11,534 nucleotides of DNA from Candidatus Iainarchaeum sp. (GTDB lineage Archaea > Iainarchaeota > Iainarchaeia > Iainarchaeales > JAZDFD01), in NCBI GenBank assembly GCA_043808155.1, contig JAZDFD010000002.1, forward strand, positions 1-11,534, given 5' to 3'. The notes under the pieces were generated by a model that worked only from the letters and a program-made list of their open reading frames with translations, had not been told where the DNA came from and made no database searches. Both the position numbers and the translations under genes were made by a program. Numbering within the stretch: position 1 is the first letter of the stretch; every line of letters begins with the position of its first letter. Below are positions 5,444 through 11,534 of this stretch, in pieces.

Positions 5444-7615
5444 TCATTTTAATTTTATTCTTTTAAGAAGAAGAGAATTAGTTACAACTGAAACACTACT
5501 TAGTGCCATTGCTCCGCCTGCAATCATTGGTGACAGGAGAATTCCAAAAGGATAATATAAAAGTCCTGCTGCGATTGGGATGCCTAATGTGTTGTAGACA
5601 AGAGCCCAAAAAAGATTTTGTTTGATTTTGTTTATTGTTTTTTTGCCAAGAATGATTGCTGAAACAACATCCATTGGATTGCTTTTCATTAAAACTACGT
5701 TGCCTGCTTCTATTGCAATATCTGAACCTTGTGACATTGCAATTCCCAAATCTGCCTGTGCTAATGCAGGTGCATCATTAATACCATCGCCGACCATTGC
5801 AACAACTTTTCCTTCTTTTTGTAGTTTTTTAACATATTCTGATTTTTGGTTTGGGAGAACCTCAGCAAACACATTTTCAATTCCCAATGTTTTTGCTATT
5901 GCGTCTGCAGTTCTTTTATTATCTCCTGTAATCATCCAGACACCAATATTCATTTCTTTTAATTTAGAAACTGCATTTTTGCTTGTTTCTTTTATTGTGT
6001 CAGCAACTGCAATTCCGCCTAAAATTTTAGTTTTAGAGAAAACTAACATTACAGTTTTCCCTTCTGATTCTAATTTTGAGAGTTGGGAAGCGATACTGTC
6101 TAAATTGTGGAGTTCTTTTGCATAGTTTACACTCCCTAAGAAATATTCTTTAGATTTGATTTTGCCTTGAATTCCTTTTCCAGGAATTGCTTTGAAAGCA
6201 TCAACTTTTGAAAGCGAGAGTTTTTTTGATTCCGCACCTGAAACAATTGCATCTGCTAAAGGATGTTCTGAATTCTTTTCAAGTGAAGCTGAAATTGAAA
6301 GCAGTTCATTTTCTTTTATTTCTGAAACTGAAAATACATTTGTTAGTTTTGGTTTTCCGACTGTTAAAGTGCCAGTTTTATCAAAGATTACTGCGTTTAT
6401 TTTATGGCTCAATTCAAGTGCTTCTGCATTTTTTATTAAAATTCCATTCTCTGCTCCCTTTCCAGTACCAACCATTATTGCTGTGGGCGTAGCTAAGCCT
6501 AAAGCACAGGGACAGGCAATAACCAATACAGAGACTGCAGCAACTAATGCAAAAGCAAAGCCTTCAGGAAATACAAAAAGCCATGCTAAAAAAGTAAGCA
6601 GTGCAATAACAAGTATTGCTGGAACAAAAACAGAGCTGATTTTATCTGCAAATCTTTGAATATCTGCTTTTGAGCCCTGGGCTTCTTCAACAAGTTTTAT
6701 TATTTGTGCAAGAACTGTTTCAGTTCCGACTTTTGTTGCTCTGAATTTTATAAATCCCTGTTTGTTCATAGTGCCTGCAAAAACTTTGTCATTAATTTTC
6801 TTTTCAACTGCAATACTTTCTCCAGTAAGCATACTTTCATCAATTGAAGTGTTTCCTGAAATAATAAGTCCGTCTGTGGGAATTTGAGCACCAGGTTTTA
6901 CAATTATGATGTCATTTTCTCTAATTTCAGAAGCATTTATTGTAAGCTCTTTTCCGTTTCTTTCAACTAAAGCTGTCTTTGGTGAAAGATTCATTAATTT
7001 TCTTATTGCTTCACTTGTTCTGCCTTTTGCAACTGCCTCTAAATACTTACCAACTAGAACTAATGTAATAAGTATTGCTGCTGTTTCAAAATATTGTTCC
7101 TGTAAAAAACCAAGTAAAGCAACTACACTGTAGAAATACGCGGCACTTGTACCTAACGCAATTAAAGTATCCATTGACGCGCTTTTATTTCTTAACGCAC
7201 TCCATGCACCCTGATAAAATCTTCTTCCCGCAATGAATTGGACTGGTGTTGCGAGAATAAACATAATCCAGAGTCTGTAGGGAAAATCCATAATAAACAT
7301 TCCTAAAATAAAAACAGGGAGTGTTAATATTGCACTGAAAAGCAAGGTTTTTTTCAAAGAAGAAATTTCTCCTTCCCTGAGTTTTCTTTCTCTTTCCAAA
7401 TCAAATCCAATACTTGCTTTATAACCTAATTTAGTTATGATTTCAGTTATTTTTTCTAATGTGACTTTTTTCTCATCAAATTCAACAAAAGCTTTTCCAG
7501 CAGCAAAATTAACATTGCTTTTTGCTATCCCTTCAGTTTCTGAAAGTTTTTTCTGAACTAATGTAGAACACGATGCGCAGTGCATGCCTTCAATAATTAA
7601 TTCAGATTTTATCAT
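5444..7615 (-). CDS. copA: Cu(I)-translocating P1B-1 type ATPase
   Basis: N-terminal GMHCASC HMA domain; TGES, CPC, DKTGT, SEHPL and GDGINDAP motifs; YN and MALSS transmembrane signatures of P1B-1; AGGTGA RBS. Confidence 0.95.
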   Translation of the reverse strand: MIKSELIIEGMHCASCSTLVQKKLSETEGIAKSNVNFAAGKAFVEFDEKKVTLEKITEIITKLGYKASIGFDLERERKLREGEISSLKKTLLFSAILTLPVFILGMFIMDFPYRLWIMFILATPVQFIAGRRFYQGAWSALRNKSASMDTLIALGTSAAYFYSVVALLGFLQEQYFETAAILITLVLVGKYLEAVAKGRTSEAIRKLMNLSPKTALVERNGKELTINASEIRENDIIIVKPGAQIPTDGLIISGNTSIDESMLTGESIAVEKKINDKVFAGTMNKQGFIKFRATKVGTETVLAQIIKLVEEAQGSKADIQRFADKISSVFVPAILVIALLTFLAWLFVFPEGFAFALVAAVSVLVIACPCALGLATPTAIMVGTGKGAENGILIKNAEALELSHKINAVIFDKTGTLTVGKPKLTNVFSVSEIKENELLSISASLEKNSEHPLADAIVSGAESKKLSLSKVDAFKAIPGKGIQGKIKSKEYFLGSVNYAKELHNLDSIASQLSKLESEGKTVMLVFSKTKILGGIAVADTIKETSKNAVSKLKEMNIGVWMITGDNKRTADAIAKTLGIENVFAEVLPNQKSEYVKKLQKEGKVVAMVGDGINDAPALAQADLGIAMSQGSDIAIEAGNVVLMKSNPMDVVSAIILGKKTINKIKQNLFWALVYNTLGIPIAAGLLYYPFGILLSPMIAGGAMALSSVSVVTNSLLLKRIKLK

Positions 7616-7624
7616 ACGTTCACC

Positions 7625-7651
7625 TATTACAATTCACTTATTACAATTCAC
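7625..7651. repeat. 13-bp tandem repeat upstream of copA
   Basis: TATTACAATTCAC at 7625-7637 and 7639-7651. Confidence 0.8.
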
Positions 7652-7676
7652 GTAGTATAATGGACTATATTACTAA

Positions 7677-8123
7677 TCATATGAATTTATTTCTTCCTTT
7701 TTCCAGATCAGAGTTCTTTATGACAAGATTGTCTCCAATTACTGAACTTGGAAGATAACCTGGCCAGCATCCGCTACCTTTTTTGTTTTCAGTTCCAAGA
7801 CTGTCAATAGAGTACTTGTTACCGCAGTTATTACAGACCATAACATCTCCGCTTTGACTATAACCTTTTTTTGCACCATAACAAACATCACATGCATCAA
7901 ATGCAGTCTTAATACTGCCATCACTTGCTTTTACAGCAAAGAACCTTATTGTAGTGCCGCTTGATTCATATTCAAACCATTTTGCAGTTGTTGTTATTTC
8001 TGAGACAGGAATTGAAATTGAATCACTTTCTGCCTGCGTTGCTGTTACTAATCCAGTGGAATTATCTGAAACACAGCCTGATAAAATAAGAAATCCCAAA
8101 ATACACATTAAAATTTTTTTCAT
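7677..8123 (-). CDS. DUF2318 (FtrD-like Fe-S/Cys-rich) lipoprotein
   Basis: Lipobox-like LSGC; 'AFDACDVC...GY.Q.GD.MVCNNCG...GCWP..L' matches DUF2318; GGAGGA RBS. Confidence 0.85.
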   Translation of the reverse strand: MKKILMCILGFLILSGCVSDNSTGLVTATQAESDSISIPVSEITTTAKWFEYESSGTTIRFFAVKASDGSIKTAFDACDVCYGAKKGYSQSGDVMVCNNCGNKYSIDSLGTENKKGSGCWPGYLPSSVIGDNLVIKNSDLEKGRNKFI

Positions 8124-8137
8124 TTTTTATTCCTCCG

Positions 8138-9178
8138 TTATTTAGCACTGCAGCCGCATGTTGGTAAACCGCATGAACCTGTGCCACCACAGCTACCATC
8201 ACAGCTTGCAGATGAATTAACATTATCATTTGACTGCGCAAGACTTGTTGTTTCACGTACTTTATTTTCTGCTAATGATGCTTTCTCTGTTCGAGAATTT
8301 TCTGATTCAAAAGTTACTGTTGCAGGATATACATCAAAAACATCCAATGCAAGAATTTCGGTTTTAGAAGTTTGTGATGAATCAAATGCAACATCAAAAT
8401 AATTTGGACTTTTGTATCTCACGCCAGTAACGCCCTTAATTGATTTTAGTTCTCCGGAAATTAATGGTGCGTGCCCTGGGCAGGGAATATCCACTTGTAA
8501 TGTAAGCATTGAACCAGTAGTAGGTTCGGGTACCTGCAAATTCACGTTATCATTAGCTACATCTGTTAATACAACATTTCCAGTTATTGCAATTCCCGTA
8601 GTATTAGCAAATGAACCAGTGTCTAAATTTGCAAGCACTGGAAAGATCATGAAAAATAAAATCAGATTTATTCCAACTGTTGAACCATACATTGCGGTTA
8701 GATATTTTTTCTTTTTCTTTATTCCTTTTAATGAAAGCAAACCATTTTTTTTAAGATAGAATGCGGATGAAAGAGTTGCGAATCCAATTGAAAGTAAAAT
8801 AAGAATGTGAAAGAACCAAGGATTCATTAAAAGTGGTTTGAAAAATTCAACTGCTACTGTGACACCTAATACAGATGCAACAATGAAACCAATGCATCCA
8901 ATATGCGGGACTAAACCATAGATTATTCCTTCCCTGATTGTATTTGGTTTTAGGGAGGATTTAGAGGAGCCCTCGGGGGGGTATCCTAATCCCTTAAGCT
9001 CCTCTTCAATCTTTTCTTTAGAAATCTGATCAGAATCAAAACTCACTTGTACAGTGTCGTCTTCTAAACTTACTTTTGTTTCTTCAACACCTTCTAATTT
9101 TGAAAGTGCATCTTCAATTAGTTTTGCACAGCTTCCGCAGTGCATTCCTGTTACCTTGATTTTAAGCTCGGTTCTCAT
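8138..9178 (-). CDS. heavy-metal-associated (HMA) multi-domain membrane protein with Cys-rich tail
   Basis: Start moved to ATG 9178 (GGTGA RBS at 9183-9187). N-terminal GMHCGSC HMA; about 3 TM helices beginning 'PHIGC'; second HMA-like fold with CPGH; tail CDGSCGGTGSCGLPTCGC. Confidence 0.85.
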   Translation of the reverse strand: MRTELKIKVTGMHCGSCAKLIEDALSKLEGVEETKVSLEDDTVQVSFDSDQISKEKIEEELKGLGYPPEGSSKSSLKPNTIREGIIYGLVPHIGCIGFIVASVLGVTVAVEFFKPLLMNPWFFHILILLSIGFATLSSAFYLKKNGLLSLKGIKKKKKYLTAMYGSTVGINLILFFMIFPVLANLDTGSFANTTGIAITGNVVLTDVANDNVNLQVPEPTTGSMLTLQVDIPCPGHAPLISGELKSIKGVTGVRYKSPNYFDVAFDSSQTSKTEILALDVFDVYPATVTFESENSRTEKASLAENKVRETTSLAQSNDNVNSSASCDGSCGGTGSCGLPTCGCSAK

Positions 9179-9228
9179 TGAATCACCAGCACTAATGCAA
9201 CTGAAACCATTAATAGCGATTGCTGAAA

Positions 9229-9292
9229 CCGTCAATAATAACGGGGATTCAGTTATGAACCCGTCAATAATAACTACAATTCAGTTATGAGC
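9229..9292. promoter_or_regulatory. 32-bp tandem repeat in a divergent promoter, operator candidate
   Basis: CCGTCAATAATAACggggATTCAGTTATGAaC / CCGTCAATAATAACtacaATTCAGTTATGAgC (27/32 identical). Each unit contains an ATAAC-N9-GTTAT inverted repeat. Confidence 0.6.
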
Positions 9293-9347
9293 CCACTCTA
9301 AACTTTCATTAAATTTAACTTTAAAAACTGTTAGTTTCAGAAGTAAT

Positions 9348-9863
9348 GTGATGGACCTGAAAATCGATTTGTCAAACAAAAGAACAATTGCAGGAATTAT
9401 TGTGTTAATTTGTGTACTGGGAATTGTTTTTTACGTCCCTGTAATACTTTCAGAAACAAATCCTAATGTTTGTTATATTGATGGTGTTTGCCAACATGAA
9501 CAGAGAGTTAACCTGCTTACTGAACTGACTCCCATTTTCATTCTTAGCGGTGTTGTAATTGGTGCAGTAGTTTTCTTCTTTATGACAACTAAACTTGAAA
9601 ATAAAGAAAAAGATTTGAAAAAAATAGCAGAGACACTTATTCAGTTTCTGAATAAAGAGGAAAAATTGGTTGTTCAGAAAATACTTGAAAATAACGGCAA
9701 AGTACTTCAGTCTGAAATTTCAAGAATTGAAGGCATTGGGAAACTCAAGAGTCACAGGATCTTGCAGAGACTCACTGACAGACATGTTATTGAAATAGAA
9801 AAGCACGGTAAAACCAACATAGTGAAATTATCAGAAAACATCAGAGATGTGCTTTTGAAATAA
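9348..9863 (+). CDS. membrane-anchored winged-helix DNA-binding protein (COG2512-like), putative transcriptional regulator
   Basis: Two TM helices flanking 'CYIDGVCQHE'. C-terminal 'LNKEEKLVVQKILENNGKVLQSEISRIEGIGKLKSHRILQRL...IEIEKHGKTNIVKL' is wHTH-like. Start GTG 9348 or ATG 9351. Confidence 0.8.
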   Translation: MMDLKIDLSNKRTIAGIIVLICVLGIVFYVPVILSETNPNVCYIDGVCQHEQRVNLLTELTPIFILSGVVIGAVVFFFMTTKLENKEKDLKKIAETLIQFLNKEEKLVVQKILENNGKVLQSEISRIEGIGKLKSHRILQRLTDRHVIEIEKHGKTNIVKLSENIRDVLLK

Positions 9864-9864
9864 A

Positions 9865-10506
9865 TCAATTTTCCATTAATTTTCTTATTTCAAGGATTGC
9901 TTTTTTTCTGTCGGGCTGGGAGAAAATTGCAGAACCAACAACAAAAACATTTGCACCTGCGGATTTTGCAGTTTTCAGAGTTTCTTTGTTAATCCCGCCA
10001 TCTACTTCAATATCTAATTCTGGTTTTAAGGTTCTGATTTTTTTTATTTTAGAAATGCATGACTCCATGAATTTTTGTCCACCGAATCCGGGTTCAACAC
10101 CCATTACAAGAACAAGGTCAAGTGAATCTAAAAGTGATTTGATTTCAGAAACAGGGGTTGCGGGTTTTATGGAAATACCTGCTTTGCAATTCAGGGAGTG
10201 AATCTTATCAATTAGTTTTTTTGGATTTTTTACTGCTTCAAAATGAAATGTGATTATTGATGCACCTGCTTTTGCATATGCTTCAATTTCTGCTTCGGGA
10301 TTTTCAATCATCAAGTGGCAGTCAAGCGGAAGTTTTGTTTTGATTTTGGAAACAAACTCTGAGCCAAAAGTTTTATTTGGAACAAACTTTCCATCCATTG
10401 CATCCAAATGAATCATTTCTGCAAATTTTTCAATTTCTGCAATCTCTGCATTTATTTTTTTAAAATCAGCATTAAGTATGCTTGGGGACAGTTTTAACTT
10501 TGGCAT
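9865..10506 (-). CDS. rpe: ribulose-phosphate 3-epimerase
   Basis: SPSIL, HLDAMDGKFVPN, DCHLM, VMGVEPGFGGQKF, EVDGGIN and VVGSAIF motifs. ATG 10506 preferred; GTG 10515 is an alternative. Confidence 0.96.
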   Translation of the reverse strand: MPKLKLSPSILNADFKKINAEIAEIEKFAEMIHLDAMDGKFVPNKTFGSEFVSKIKTKLPLDCHLMIENPEAEIEAYAKAGASIITFHFEAVKNPKKLIDKIHSLNCKAGISIKPATPVSEIKSLLDSLDLVLVMGVEPGFGGQKFMESCISKIKKIRTLKPELDIEVDGGINKETLKTAKSAGANVFVVGSAIFSQPDRKKAILEIRKLMEN

Positions 10507-10515
10507 AGAAAACAC

Positions 10516-11190
10516 TTAAATTTTTTGTTTTGATTTTGCTGCATCTTCTTCAAACTTTTTAATTCCTGCATTGGTTAATTCATGTTTTAACATGTCTTTC
10601 AGAATTTTTGGAGGAATTGTTGCAATGTGCGCACCCGCAAGTGCAGAAGCAGCAACATGTGAAATGCTTCTTATTGAAGCAGAAATGATTTCTGTTTTGA
10701 AATTATAAGTTTTATAAATTTCTGCAATTTCTCGGAGAACTTCAACCCCTGTGCCGTCACCATATTTATCATCTAGGCGCCCTATGAAAGGAGAAACATA
10801 TGCTGCACCGGCTTTTGCTGCTGCAAGTGCTTGGGTTGGTGAAAATACTAATGTGATGTTTACTTTTACTTTTTGTCTTGCAAGTTCGTGTGTTGCTTTT
10901 AATCCTTCGGTAGTCATTGGAATTTTAACTGTAATTGATTTGTGAATTTTTGAAAGTTTTAATGCTTCATCAACCATTGGTCCCGCTTTAGTTGAAAGAA
11001 CTTCTGCACTGATTGATGCATTCTTAATTCCAAACTCATCAAAAATTTTGCATATTTCATTTACAACTTCTTTAAAGTCTCGCCCGCTTTTTGCAATTAA
11101 AGACGGGTTAGTTGTTACTCCGTCAATTATTCCGTATGAAACAGCTTCCCGGATTTCATTAACATCTGCAGTATCTAAAAATATTTTCAA
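10516..11190 (-). CDS. tal: transaldolase (short TalC/FSA-like family)
   Basis: [13 protein letters not shown], Schiff-base VKIP, NITLVFS. Glu in 'SAEV' and Phe in 'SPFIGR' indicate transaldolase rather than FSA. TTG start with GGTGA RBS. Confidence 0.92.
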   Translation of the reverse strand: MKIFLDTADVNEIREAVSYGIIDGVTTNPSLIAKSGRDFKEVVNEICKIFDEFGIKNASISAEVLSTKAGPMVDEALKLSKIHKSITVKIPMTTEGLKATHELARQKVKVNITLVFSPTQALAAAKAGAAYVSPFIGRLDDKYGDGTGVEVLREIAEIYKTYNFKTEIISASIRSISHVAASALAGAHIATIPPKILKDMLKHELTNAGIKKFEEDAAKSKQKI

Positions 11191-11247
11191 AACATCACCA
11201 AAAGAAATAAGAACTCAAAAGATTTAAAACATAGTGGCTGATGCCCT

Positions 11248-11534
11248 ATGCCGGAAATGCTTAATTTTTCAAGGGAAGAGAAGGAAAACCTGAAGAAATT
11301 CCTGCAAAAATTTCCAAAAAAGGAAACCAAAACCAAATATGAGGAAATGCGTGTGGGAATTGGAGACACGAGTGTCACGCTTTATAATACAGGGAAAATC
11401 GTGATTCAGGGGAAAGACTCTTCCAAAGTTAAAGAAATGATTCTTGATTTTATGGCTGAGAAAGATGAGGGCTTAGTTTTTGGAATTGATGAAACAGGGA
11501 GAGGGGAACGCGCAGGACCTTTTGTTATTGCAGG
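11248..11534 (+). CDS. type 2 ribonuclease H, RNase HIII-like (N-terminal TBP-like/DUF3378 domain), truncated by the window end
   Basis: Manual translation MPEMLNFSREEKENLKKFLQ...SVTLYNTGKIVIQGKD...VFGIDETGRGERAGPFVIA: the 'LY.TGK.V.QG' HIII N-domain motif plus the G.DE.GRG...GP catalytic motif. TTTAAAA at 11223-11229 is consistent with a leaderless start. Confidence 0.85.
   Translation, partial: MPEMLNFSREEKENLKKFLQKFPKKETKTKYEEMRVGIGDTSVTLYNTGKIVIQGKDSSKVKEMILDFMAEKDEGLVFGIDETGRGERAGPFVIA

Noticed and set aside
5622-7133. Plus-strand ORFs inside copA, and similar shadow ORFs at 1243-1726, 3542-3964, 4639-5146, 7739-8759, 9054-9290, 9986-10945 and 11187-11378
   Set aside because: They are antisense or alternate-frame overlaps of well-supported genes, with no recognisable motifs.
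7628-7651. CopY 'cop box' (TACAnnTGTA)
   Set aside because: The sequence is TACAATTCAC, lacking the TGTA half-site, and no CopY gene is visible.
10516-11190. Fructose-6-phosphate aldolase (fsa)
   Set aside because: It has the transaldolase-type Glu and Phe rather than the FSA-type Gln and Tyr, and it is paired with rpe.

Overview
AT-rich archaeal DNA (GGTGA/GGAG ribosome-binding sites, TATA-like promoters). A DPANN affiliation is inferred from gene style, not shown. In order: a stand-alone voltage-sensor-like membrane protein; two large Cys-rich surface proteins, one with tandem Methanosarcinales-type S-layer domains; a small membrane protein plus a YbjQ-family gene; a copper locus (HMA/membrane/Cys-tail protein, DUF2318 lipoprotein, copA) divergent from a membrane-anchored wHTH protein; rpe and tal; and the start of an RNase HIII-like gene. 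The most notable unannotated signal is non-coding: two paralogous box C/D guide sRNA genes (2388-2457, 5285-5375). They share near-identical 12-nt guides, a conserved TATA-like element and a covarying downstream hairpin module, and an exact 18-bp copy of the sRNA 3' end follows copy 1, resembling an integration scar. A second candidate system is one-component transmembrane copper sensing via repeated operator-like motifs at 9201-9340.
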